NCBI GenBank assembly: GCA_030698625.1
Contig: JAUYMS010000042.1
Location: forward strand, 160,423-224,422
Source of the DNA: Candidatus Omnitrophota bacterium
GTDB lineage: Bacteria; Omnitrophota; Omnitrophia; Omnitrophales; Aquincolibacteriaceae
Direction: 5' to 3'
Length of the DNA stretch: 64,000 nucleotides
Shown here in pieces: positions 38,022 through 47,010 of this stretch (its first letter is position 1; each line of letters starts with the position of its first letter). A model generated the notes under the pieces. The model was not told the DNA's origin, ran no database searches, and saw only the letters and a list, made by a program, of their open reading frames with translations. Position numbers and translations under genes: made by a program.

Positions 38022-39683
38022 TTAATCGGGACTCAAAGGGTTGGCCATCCCGGAGGGCGGGCTCTTGAATACCGTGCATAATGCCGCACCTCCTGCCCGA
38101 GCCTCACAAAAACCCGATGCCGGCGGCCAGCCCCCTCTTTGCAGCACGGACGGCTCCCAGCGCGACGGCAGCATAATATAGTAATCAAGCGGAACATTCA
38201 GGCCGCGCCTGATGGCAGGTTTATACGGAATAAATCTGTTCCCCAATTCCCTTTTGAGGTAATAGAAACTCGACATCATGCTGCCATCGGCATGCACCGC
38301 TATCGGGCGCGTCATACCCGATTCGCGATAGTGGTCCGCTAAGCACTCCGAGCATGCCCTCAAACTGTTCCCCCAGTAATCGGTTTCATAATAGCCGACC
38401 GCCCCTTTCACATCGCCGACGAGGGCATTGAAATACGTTGCCTGGTACGGGTGATTACGCATCATCCATGCCACGGGTTCCAGGCAGAGAATTCCCAGAA
38501 AAACACAAAGGGCAATTTTGAGATTACGGGTCTTAAGGATTTCAAATAGTCGATCCCATGCCGCCGCAATAAGAACCACCAGCGGCGGGTAGATAAAAAG
38601 CACATGCCTCCAGCCATTATAGAGTTGAGATTTCTGGACTATGATCCAGACCACCGGAAAGACGGACCCGACGAGCAGTACTGTGAGCGAAGTCGGCTTC
38701 AAGTGTTTGAACATATGAATCAATACGGCACCGAGTAGAATGAGCCCAAGCAAAATAAGGATCGGGCTTGAGATCGCAATCCACTTGGGTATGTAGTACC
38801 ACGGGATTTCTGAGGCGAGTATCTTCCTGCCTTCAAACAAAAGGGTATCGCCCGCATTCGTAAAGTGAGCCATTTTTTGCATCGCAAGCCAGGGATGAAT
38901 CAACGGCGACACTAAACCGTAGGGCCAGAAAAGCAGCCCCCCGAAATAGCCGCCGGTGGTAACAGCGCCCAGCACCACGAAACATCGCGGCCATGACACC
39001 TCGCGCCTATACTTGTAACAGCTCCACAAACCGAATACCCATAGGTAAGCCAGCAAGAGAACGCCGCCAATCCGGACACCCAGGGTTACCGCAATAGCAA
39101 CGGCCAAGCCAACCGAGGTTGAAATCCTGGGTCGCGGAAATTGATCTGTGAATTTTATCAGGAGATACAAAAATAGCATGTACCCCATGGCAAATGGGAT
39201 GTCTTTGGGATTATTCATCGCATGCCCCAAAAAGCGCGGTGAAATCGCCAGAAATATCATCGCAAAAAATCCTGCACGCCAGCCCGCAAGGTGTCTTGCC
39301 GCCAAACCCGCGAACAGGATGGCCAAAAAGCCGAACAGCGCATTGATACAATGGCGCGTTTCAAAAATCCACGCCACGGCAAGGTCATCCTGCAACTGCA
39401 GCTGAGCAACCGCATGAATCGAATCAAAGACCGCGCCGTAGATAACGGTGGCGACAACATCAAAGAAGCCGCCGTAAAGATATAGATCCTTAAAACCCAT
39501 AACCTCCCGATCGGCTCCGCCGCTTAAGAAAAACCGCAGAACCAACCGACCGTAATAGGACTGCGCCCAGTCGTCCCAAGTAATACCGAAGTCCAGGCTT
39601 AAAAGGGGCATGGCAACGGCGAGCAGGCCTGCCACCGCGATAAAGGCCAGGGCATAGGGGCGCGGTTTTGCAGAAAGGTTCAT
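38022..39683 (-). CDS. GT-C fold (ArnT/GT39-like) membrane glycosyltransferase
   Basis: GITWDD loop, PRFLGHAMNNPKDIP, many TMs, ETDYWG; start 39683. Confidence 0.85.
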   Translation of the reverse strand: MNLSAKPRPYALAFIAVAGLLAVAMPLLSLDFGITWDDWAQSYYGRLVLRFFLSGGADREVMGFKDLYLYGGFFDVVATVIYGAVFDSIHAVAQLQLQDDLAVAWIFETRHCINALFGFLAILFAGLAARHLAGWRAGFFAMIFLAISPRFLGHAMNNPKDIPFAMGYMLFLYLLIKFTDQFPRPRISTSVGLAVAIAVTLGVRIGGVLLLAYLWVFGLWSCYKYRREVSWPRCFVVLGAVTTGGYFGGLLFWPYGLVSPLIHPWLAMQKMAHFTNAGDTLLFEGRKILASEIPWYYIPKWIAISSPILILLGLILLGAVLIHMFKHLKPTSLTVLLVGSVFPVVWIIVQKSQLYNGWRHVLFIYPPLVVLIAAAWDRLFEILKTRNLKIALCVFLGILCLEPVAWMMRNHPYQATYFNALVGDVKGAVGYYETDYWGNSLRACSECLADHYRESGMTRPIAVHADGSMMSSFYYLKRELGNRFIPYKPAIRRGLNVPLDYYIMLPSRWEPSVLQRGGWPPASGFCEARAGGAALCTVFKSPPSGMANPLSPD

Positions 39684-40378
39684 TTGCTCATATCCCGGCT
39701 CAAGGCATTTCGGGCAATGCGCCTTAGGTAAAGAACCAATATAATCGCCGCAACCATCCCGCCGATGAGAAGCGCCCACTCCAGAGGAGTCCGCTGGCGG
39801 CCCTGCGCATTCATGGCGGCAAGACTTCCGGTAATCGACCCCAAGTAGACGTAAACTGCGGCTGAGGGAATAGACCCGATGACTGTGGCCAGAAAATAAT
39901 GAAATGCCGGAATTCGAGTGAGGCCGATGATATAGTTTCCGATCAGAAAGGGGAAAATGGGGGTGAGACGGGCAAGTAAAACAACACGCCAGCCTTTCTT
40001 TTCAATTGTCTTATCCATTAGCTCAAACTTTTCGTTCCTCGCGTAGATACGCTCGACCCATCCGCGCGCCAGATATCGGCCGGTCAAGAGCGCCGCTGTA
40101 GATCCTATGCCATGGGCCAGCAGACTAAAGGCCAATCCTTTGAGAACGCCAAAGAGAATGCCCGCCGAAAAGGTAAAAACAAATGAAGGAACAAAAAAGA
40201 TACAGGTAAGGATATAGACGCCCATAAACACGACCGGCCCCCAAGGGCCGAAGTCATCAATCCAGTCCAGGACCTTGGGCAAAATTCCCTGCGTGTTAAG
40301 GTAATAGGCCAAGCTAAGGAGTATGGCCAGGATCATCAAACGAATCCAAAACCGCTGCCCCTTACTTAAAATTGCCAT
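39680..40378 (-). CDS. TVP38/TMEM64 (DedA/VTT) family membrane protein
   Basis: AGILFG, GRYLAR, RLTPIFPF..NY..GLT. Confidence 0.92.
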   Translation of the reverse strand: MAILSKGQRFWIRLMILAILLSLAYYLNTQGILPKVLDWIDDFGPWGPVVFMGVYILTCIFFVPSFVFTFSAGILFGVLKGLAFSLLAHGIGSTAALLTGRYLARGWVERIYARNEKFELMDKTIEKKGWRVVLLARLTPIFPFLIGNYIIGLTRIPAFHYFLATVIGSIPSAAVYVYLGSITGSLAAMNAQGRQRTPLEWALLIGGMVAAIILVLYLRRIARNALSRDMSK

Positions 40379-40390
40379 CAGATTCCCCTC

Positions 40391-41440
40391 TCAGACATTT
40401 ATCTGAGTCGGTTGCGGCTGCTTTTCAAAGAGATAATGGGCCACATACCACTCCGCCCCCTCGTGATATCCAAAAAGTTCCGCACAAGCCATAAAAAATA
40501 CACGCCAATAAGCCCACCACTTCTTTGCCTCTTTTCCGTAAGTCTGCTGAAAAAGGGGTTCTATTTCCCGTCTGCACGAATCCATTTTCTCGAGCCACGC
40601 CTTACAGGTCTTTTCGTAATGACTGCCCGAGACCTGCCAAAGGTCTCGCAAGCGGACATCCTCCTGAAACTCCAGGAACAAGTCTTCCGAAGGCATGGTG
40701 CCTCCCGTAAAGAAGTGTCGGGCCATCCAATTGCCGTCGTCTTCCATAGGGTAGAGATAAGGAAATGTCTTATGACAAAAAACATGGACAAAAAGCAGTC
40801 CGTCGTTCTTCAACCATGAGGATACCTTATGAAACAGTTGTTCGTAGTTGCGCATATGCTCGAACATCTCAATCGAGAAAATTCGGTCATATTCGCAGTC
40901 ACTTGAAAACGTATTCATATCGGCAGTGATGATCTTAACATTCTTAAGGTTTCGCCGCTTCGCTTCCGTTTCAATCCACATCTTTTGGGTACGGGAATTG
41001 GATACTCCCGTAATGCAGCTGTCGGGGAATTTTTCGGCAAGGAACAGGGTCAGTGAGCCCCAACCACAGCCGAGGTCCAGAATGTCATAGCCATCCTTTA
41101 TCCGGGCACGGTCAGCACAGAGACCGAGCATCGCTTCCTCGGACGCATCGAGATCAACATCCCCTTCCTCCCAGTAACCGCAGCTGTATTTCAACCTCCC
41201 GCCCAAGACAAGTCTAAAAAATTCAGCCGGCACTTCGTAGTGCTGCGCATTGGCCTCGGCGGTCGCTATGGCGATAGGGCTATGTCTTAGTTCATCAAGA
41301 AGGGTGGAACGGCGGTCGAGTTGGGCGGGGACTCCCCCCAGTGATTCCTGCCGCAACTTTTCCCTAAGTTGTCTTCGTATGCCGATGCGAATCAGAAAAT
41401 CAGGGATGAATCCATGTGTGAGAAGGCCTTCATACCACAT
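40391..41440 (-). CDS. CFA-synthase-family SAM methyltransferase (coclaurine N-methyltransferase-like)
   Basis: ANAQHYEVP, LKYS, DLGCGWGS, SIEMFEHMRN, FFTGG.MPS. Confidence 0.9.
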   Translation of the reverse strand: MWYEGLLTHGFIPDFLIRIGIRRQLREKLRQESLGGVPAQLDRRSTLLDELRHSPIAIATAEANAQHYEVPAEFFRLVLGGRLKYSCGYWEEGDVDLDASEEAMLGLCADRARIKDGYDILDLGCGWGSLTLFLAEKFPDSCITGVSNSRTQKMWIETEAKRRNLKNVKIITADMNTFSSDCEYDRIFSIEMFEHMRNYEQLFHKVSSWLKNDGLLFVHVFCHKTFPYLYPMEDDGNWMARHFFTGGTMPSEDLFLEFQEDVRLRDLWQVSGSHYEKTCKAWLEKMDSCRREIEPLFQQTYGKEAKKWWAYWRVFFMACAELFGYHEGAEWYVAHYLFEKQPQPTQINV

Positions 41441-41443
41441 GGG

Positions 41444-42256
41444 TCAGGCCTTCGAGGCTGAAGCGGGGTCTTCGTCTCTGGGAAACCACGGAATAAACAT
41501 GTTGGTCGATCTTTGATAACGAAGATACTCATCTCCCCTCGACCGAATAGCTTGTTCCTCTGCCTTCGGAATACCGGTTACATTAAAGAGGAAGTGCAGA
41601 ATAAGTGCGGGGCAGGCAATAACCAGGATGCCGAACGGAGATCCCAAAGAATAGATAAATAAGGCGCACCAGATAAGAAATTCAAAGAAATAGTTCGGAT
41701 GACGCGAATAGAACCACAACCCTTCGCGACACGTCTTCCCTTTGTTTTCAGGATTCGATTTGAAATTCTCGAGCTGCAAGTCGGCAATGCTCTCTCCCGC
41801 GAAGGCCGCCACCCACAGGACAAAACCGAGGCCCTCAAAAAACACAAGCCCCGGACGCACATTATGCGAGGCGATAATAAAAGGAAGCGATAAAAGCGCC
41901 GCCACGGCACCCTGAAGGAGAAAAAAGATAAGCAGTTTCCTTTCTTTCTCTTCACCCCATTTATTTAAAAGCTCCGCGTATCGCGGGTCCTCACCTTTTC
42001 CGGCGACTCGCTTAAATAAGATAAAAAAACCCAATCGCATCCCCCAAAAAACCCCCATAACCGTAACAAAAAACCTGCGCCACTCATAACCCTCGCCCAA
42101 AGTGCCAAAAAAAATCGCCAGAAGGGCTATGAGACCGGCCCATACAGGGTCGACGATACTCGCCTTCTTGATGCGCACCGAGACAAACCACAACGCTGCC
42201 ATTATAGGGAGCGTAATAAACAGAGCCTGGATCAGACCACCAATAGCAAATCCCAC
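41444..42256 (-). CDS. DUF1295 family membrane protein (steroid 5-alpha-reductase-like)
   Basis: IVDPVW, EDPRY, ADLQL, GLWFYSRHPNYFFE, GIP; AAGGAGGT before GTG 42256. Confidence 0.9.
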   Translation of the reverse strand: MGFAIGGLIQALFITLPIMAALWFVSVRIKKASIVDPVWAGLIALLAIFFGTLGEGYEWRRFFVTVMGVFWGMRLGFFILFKRVAGKGEDPRYAELLNKWGEEKERKLLIFFLLQGAVAALLSLPFIIASHNVRPGLVFFEGLGFVLWVAAFAGESIADLQLENFKSNPENKGKTCREGLWFYSRHPNYFFEFLIWCALFIYSLGSPFGILVIACPALILHFLFNVTGIPKAEEQAIRSRGDEYLRYQRSTNMFIPWFPRDEDPASASKA

Positions 42257-42266
42257 TTTGACCTCC

Positions 42267-43727
42267 TTATCCCTTAGGACTGGCTTGTGAAAGCAGCTTG
42301 TCACGCAACTTACCGCTCAAGGCCCATTCAGACACCCAGATGCCGAAATAGGCACGCGCAAAATCTTCGCCCGGGACTATCGCCTTTTCCACGCCGTTTA
42401 AGAGCAGCGAGGTTCCGCGTTCCGGTTCATAGCGCAATTCATAGCGATCGCCCTTTTCGACATCCTCATAGGCATCATTAATGATTCGAAGACGGTCTCG
42501 AATTGCCTGCAGGTTGACGGTAGGGTTCTTTCCAAGCGCCCGGTCGGCTGCCTTTACAAATTGCGGCTGTTTTAAACCGCGATGGTATTCAATAACTAGC
42601 GACATAGGTACTTCTCCGAGGACCTGATCCTGTGCGGCCACATCCGCAGGAAGATATAAAGCCGCGGTATACACGTCCAACGTGAGAAACTCCAGTAATC
42701 CTATTCCCCGCAACGGCAAGGCATTGCCGGCTACGGCTGTCGTGCTTTCAAAGCAAGAGTTATTAAGACACTGCCCTTCGGCAGCGGAAGCGGCAAAAAC
42801 CTGTGCGGGTGTAAGTAGAACCATGAGAACCAGCGCCGCTGCGATTGCATGCTTGGATACCGCCCGCGCTTCCTCATAGATATCCTGTGGCGGCCTTCTC
42901 AGATCCCAAACAACCCCTATCCACGATAGGGCCGTCAACACATAATGGGTCACGTCAATCTCCCACCAATAAAATCCCTGCCGTTCCGAAGACGGGCATC
43001 TGTGATGATTATTGTGCCAGCCCTCGCCCATCGTTAAAAGGGCAACCCAGATATTATTACGACCATCATCTTTATTCGCAAAACGTTTTGATCCAAACAA
43101 ATGGCTGAAAGAATTCACCGCAAAGGTCACGTGGAAAAGAAAGACCGTACTGATAAAAAATCCCCAGACGATTACCTGACCAGCCGTTAATCCGATATCC
43201 GGCGCAAAACGTTCGAGACAAATTCCGAGAACTGCCACTACGGAAAAAAAGAATAAGGCCGGGATTTTTTGATTGCGATTCAGATACCGCAGTTCCGGGT
43301 ATACCGCAAAGTCGGCCACGTGAGGGTCGGGATGAAGGTTTGCGTGCTTCTTTGTCATGAACCATCCCACATGGGACCAGAAGAAACCATGAATGATGGG
43401 CGAATGCGGATCCAGTTCGGTATCCGCATAGCGATGATGATTCCGATGATGCGCGGCCCACCACAGAGCATCCTTCTGCAAGGAACAGGCTCCGAGAAAA
43501 GCCAGTATAAACTGGAATATCCGTGATGTTTTAAACGAGCGATGTGAGAAATACCGATGATAACCCGCCGTTAGCCCGAACATCCGCGGTAGCAGGGTTA
43601 CCAGAAATACAACGATAGCCGCACCGCTCATACCCGTAACAAAGGCAAGCAGACACCCCGCGTGCATCAACACAAAAGGGACATTTCCCCAAAACTCAAT
43701 AGTCTCCTCTTTCGGCCGGGGACTCAA
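42267..43727 (-). CDS. Acyl-CoA (delta-9 type) desaturase fused to a chalcone-isomerase-like domain
   Basis: His boxes HRYFSH, HRNHH, HNNHH; a hydrophobic linker; then LRGIG...DVYTAALY...GEDFARAYFGIW. Confidence 0.85.
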   Translation of the reverse strand: MSPRPKEETIEFWGNVPFVLMHAGCLLAFVTGMSGAAIVVFLVTLLPRMFGLTAGYHRYFSHRSFKTSRIFQFILAFLGACSLQKDALWWAAHHRNHHRYADTELDPHSPIIHGFFWSHVGWFMTKKHANLHPDPHVADFAVYPELRYLNRNQKIPALFFFSVVAVLGICLERFAPDIGLTAGQVIVWGFFISTVFLFHVTFAVNSFSHLFGSKRFANKDDGRNNIWVALLTMGEGWHNNHHRCPSSERQGFYWWEIDVTHYVLTALSWIGVVWDLRRPPQDIYEEARAVSKHAIAAALVLMVLLTPAQVFAASAAEGQCLNNSCFESTTAVAGNALPLRGIGLLEFLTLDVYTAALYLPADVAAQDQVLGEVPMSLVIEYHRGLKQPQFVKAADRALGKNPTVNLQAIRDRLRIINDAYEDVEKGDRYELRYEPERGTSLLLNGVEKAIVPGEDFARAYFGIWVSEWALSGKLRDKLLSQASPKG

Positions 43728-45739
43728 ATGGGTAGCGATTCCACGCGCACTGCTGCTTCCGGTTTCCTGTCTAAGGAGCGGTTACCGGTTCGCGATAGTA
43801 CCAACTGAAGATCGTTCAAGTGCCTCGCTTCGAATGCGGCCTCGCAATATGAAAAATAATACTGCCACACCCGCAGGGTCTTACGGGAGAAACCGAGCGC
43901 CTCCGCCTGTGTCTTTTGTTCCAGCAAGCGCTCCCGCCACAGGGCAAGTGTCCGCGCGTAATGGGGGCCTATATTATCCAACTCTTCGACATAAAAGGAA
44001 GAAGATTGAGTCATTGCTCGGCAGAGCGCTGAAAGCGACGGGAGATGTCCCCCGGGGAAAATATACTTTTGAATCCAGTCGCAACCCCTCCTGTAGGAAT
44101 CGTAACGCTGATCGGGGATGGTAATCACCTGGAGCACCACAACGCCGTCGGGTTTGAGCAACTCGTCGAAGCGCTTAAATAATTTGCCTAAATGCTCCCG
44201 GCCTACGGCTTCCAACATTTCAATGGATACAATGCGGTCAAACTTGCCCCGGACATGCCGGTAGTCGCAGAGTTGAATATCAATGCGGTCGCTGTACCCG
44301 GCCTCGTCAATCCGTTTGCGCGCAAACGCGAGCTGTTCTTTGGAGAGGGTGATTCCCGTAACCCGGCACCCGGTCGTGCGTACCGCCTCAATAGCAAAGG
44401 CACCCCATCCGCATCCGATCTCAAGCACGTGATCTTGCTCTGAGATCCTTGCCTTTCGCAAGATAGACCGAATTTTATTTTTCTGGGCCGCAGCCAAGTC
44501 CCCCCCCTCTTTTTCGAATTGACCGCAAGAATACGTCATGCTCTTATCCAGAAAGAGCTCATAGAAATTATTGCTTAAATCATAATGCGCTTCAATGTTT
44601 CTTTTACTACCTCGAACGGTATTTCCATGCCTCAAATGCCGCCAGCGATTAAGCCTTGCGCCGAGCTCCTCCAGGAGGGAGACCTTCCTCTCAAGATAAG
44701 GTTTATTATCAACCAGCAGTCCAATCACCGCCGTCACGTCGGATGAGTCCCAATCCTGTTCTACATACCCTTCACCAAAACCGATGCCGCCATCCCGCAC
44801 AATACGGCAGAAAAAATTATAGTCCCGGATTCGAATAACCGCTTTCTTGCCCGCTTCACTGCCGCCCCATGTTTCCGAGCGGCCATCCGGGTACGTAAGC
44901 GTAAGGGATCCTCGCCTGATCTTCGAAAGATAGCGTAGAACAATTCGCATAGCAATACGCTGTAAAAAGTTGGGGAGCGCGGTTCGTATGGTCATAGGGT
45001 TATCTACCGGGGGTTTCTTGAACACACTAATTTTTTTACCGTAAAAAAGTTTGGCCGCCTGGATATGGATGCGTGGTAACGTCATGACGGCCGTCATCGG
45101 GTAGCGGAGGAGAGTCCCGACAAGATTTGCCGTCGTAATTGGGACGGCGTTCCCCCACCAGCGTGAAACCAATGCAGCGTGTCCCTCTCGAAACAAGTTG
45201 ACCTGAAGATCTGCCTCAGCGCCCAACGACGAGAGTTTAAATTCGTACTCTCCCGCCCTGTCAAAGAAGGGCGAGACGTGGAAAACCTTTGGCGCTCGGT
45301 AATGGCCGTCTTTGGCCGAAAAATTATCCTTTAAGATATAGAGGTGTGTCTCGCCAAACGTATTGCTCACTTCGGCAACGGCACAGCCTAACTTTCCGCC
45401 TGAAGTATAGCAATAATAGAAACTTGCCGGGTTAAAAATCGTTCCCAGAAAACGGGCACAGGTGACAAGTTCTACGCGGGCAATACCTCGCGCACAATCA
45501 TGCGCTTCGAGAAATCGGAGCAGTTTCTCTTTTGTAGTACCCGGCCCTCGGTCAAGATAGTCTTTATCGTAAAGAGACACAACGCCGAAGTGATTATAGG
45601 AAAATAGCCGCACGCCCTCAGCGAGAATCGGCAGTTCGTCTAGATCGAACACGTAGAAATAGCTGGGGTACTCAAACTTATGCTGCACCGGTTGTAGACG
45701 CGCATGCATCAAAGTACCGCGATAGATGCGTGAGTTCAT
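43724..45739 (-). CDS. DUF1365 domain fused to a CFA-synthase-like methyltransferase
   Basis: H.RL.P..H.F.Y, FNPASFYYC, EVSNTFGE, KVFHVSPF; then NIEAHYDLSN, MTYSC, EIGCGWG, SIEMLEAVG, YIFPGG. Confidence 0.92.
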   Translation of the reverse strand: MNSRIYRGTLMHARLQPVQHKFEYPSYFYVFDLDELPILAEGVRLFSYNHFGVVSLYDKDYLDRGPGTTKEKLLRFLEAHDCARGIARVELVTCARFLGTIFNPASFYYCYTSGGKLGCAVAEVSNTFGETHLYILKDNFSAKDGHYRAPKVFHVSPFFDRAGEYEFKLSSLGAEADLQVNLFREGHAALVSRWWGNAVPITTANLVGTLLRYPMTAVMTLPRIHIQAAKLFYGKKISVFKKPPVDNPMTIRTALPNFLQRIAMRIVLRYLSKIRRGSLTLTYPDGRSETWGGSEAGKKAVIRIRDYNFFCRIVRDGGIGFGEGYVEQDWDSSDVTAVIGLLVDNKPYLERKVSLLEELGARLNRWRHLRHGNTVRGSKRNIEAHYDLSNNFYELFLDKSMTYSCGQFEKEGGDLAAAQKNKIRSILRKARISEQDHVLEIGCGWGAFAIEAVRTTGCRVTGITLSKEQLAFARKRIDEAGYSDRIDIQLCDYRHVRGKFDRIVSIEMLEAVGREHLGKLFKRFDELLKPDGVVVLQVITIPDQRYDSYRRGCDWIQKYIFPGGHLPSLSALCRAMTQSSSFYVEELDNIGPHYARTLALWRERLLEQKTQAEALGFSRKTLRVWQYYFSYCEAAFEARHLNDLQLVLSRTGNRSLDRKPEAAVRVESLPI

Positions 45740-47010
45740 AAGCTAACCCCGAAGTGTTCCGCGACACGCACCCCTGACAGGACTGCATCTTCATGAAATC
45801 CATAGCCAAAATAACTCCCGCAAAAAAAAGTTCGCGCTGCTCCATTTAGAACAGAGAGCTCGTCTTGGGTGCGAACCGAATCATTCGTATAACAGGGATG
45901 CTCATAATCGATTCTTCGCAGGACCCTTTCTTCCGCCAGGGCATCGTGGCGATTGAGCGACACAAAATAGGGATTGATCGTTTGTAAATTCTGAAGACGA
46001 TTCATGTGATACGTCAGCGAAACGGGCGCTCCCGGCAATTCGTCCTCACGAATATAGTTCCAAGAGGCCCACGCGCGAGGCGCTTTGGGCATAGCGCTGA
46101 CGTCAGAGTGCAGAACCGCCTGATTTTTCGTATAACGCCACGCCCCCAAAAGTCGCCTTTCGTCCCGCGACGGATCGGCCAGTACATTCAAGGCCTCATC
46201 GGCATGCATTGCAATGACAACATAATCATAGGCATTTTCCGCTTTTCCGTCTACGGCAACATAAACCTTGTCGAGCGCCCTACGCACGCGAGAGACATTC
46301 GCATTCGTGTACATCCTCCCCGAAAATTGCTCGCGAACAGCTCGCACATACGTGTGGCTTCCCCCGGGTACGTACATCCAGCGGGGCCTTTCCTTAAGCG
46401 CCAGTAAACCGTGATTGTCAAAAAAACGGAGGAAGGTTTCTGCGGGAAAATCCAACATCTCATCGCAAGGTGTTGACCAGATCGCGGCACCCATCGGAAT
46501 GAGATACCAGTCCATAAACTGCTTCGAAAAGTTTCCCTTTTCCAGGTAGGTCCCCAACGTGGTCCGTCCGAGCAGCCCGGCCTTCAAATCGCGCTGAGAC
46601 TCAGAATTAAAGCGAAGGATATCGGCAATCATGCGGTAAAAAGACGGGCGCAGCATATTGCGCTTCTGGGCAAAAAGACCGTTCGGGACATAGCTTGAAT
46701 ACTCGATGCCGTCGCGCCTCGAACTAAAACTAAAAGACATATCACTCGGACTGCCCGTAATCCCCAAGCGGGACAGAAAACGTATAAATGTAGGGTAATT
46801 GCGATCATTATAGACAATGAACCCCGTATCAACAGGGGTCCCGGCATCGGGACCATGCTCGATGACGATCGTATTGGTGTGCCCTCCAAGGTACGCGTTT
46901 TTTTCATAGAGCGTTACGTCGTAACGCTGTCCCAGTAAGTGGGCCGCCGCAAGGCCCGCAGCCCCCGTGCCCGCAATTGCGATTTTTGCATCTGCGCGGT
47001 ACTCAGGCAT
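45736..47010 (-). CDS. FAD-dependent oxidoreductase (amine oxidase-like, UfaD-type)
   Basis: GTGAAGL, LGGHTNT, VDTGFIVYN..NYP, WASWNY, YEHP, GYGFHED. Confidence 0.92.
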   Translation of the reverse strand: MPEYRADAKIAIAGTGAAGLAAAHLLGQRYDVTLYEKNAYLGGHTNTIVIEHGPDAGTPVDTGFIVYNDRNYPTFIRFLSRLGITGSPSDMSFSFSSRRDGIEYSSYVPNGLFAQKRNMLRPSFYRMIADILRFNSESQRDLKAGLLGRTTLGTYLEKGNFSKQFMDWYLIPMGAAIWSTPCDEMLDFPAETFLRFFDNHGLLALKERPRWMYVPGGSHTYVRAVREQFSGRMYTNANVSRVRRALDKVYVAVDGKAENAYDYVVIAMHADEALNVLADPSRDERRLLGAWRYTKNQAVLHSDVSAMPKAPRAWASWNYIREDELPGAPVSLTYHMNRLQNLQTINPYFVSLNRHDALAEERVLRRIDYEHPCYTNDSVRTQDELSVLNGAARTFFCGSYFGYGFHEDAVLSGVRVAEHFGVSL

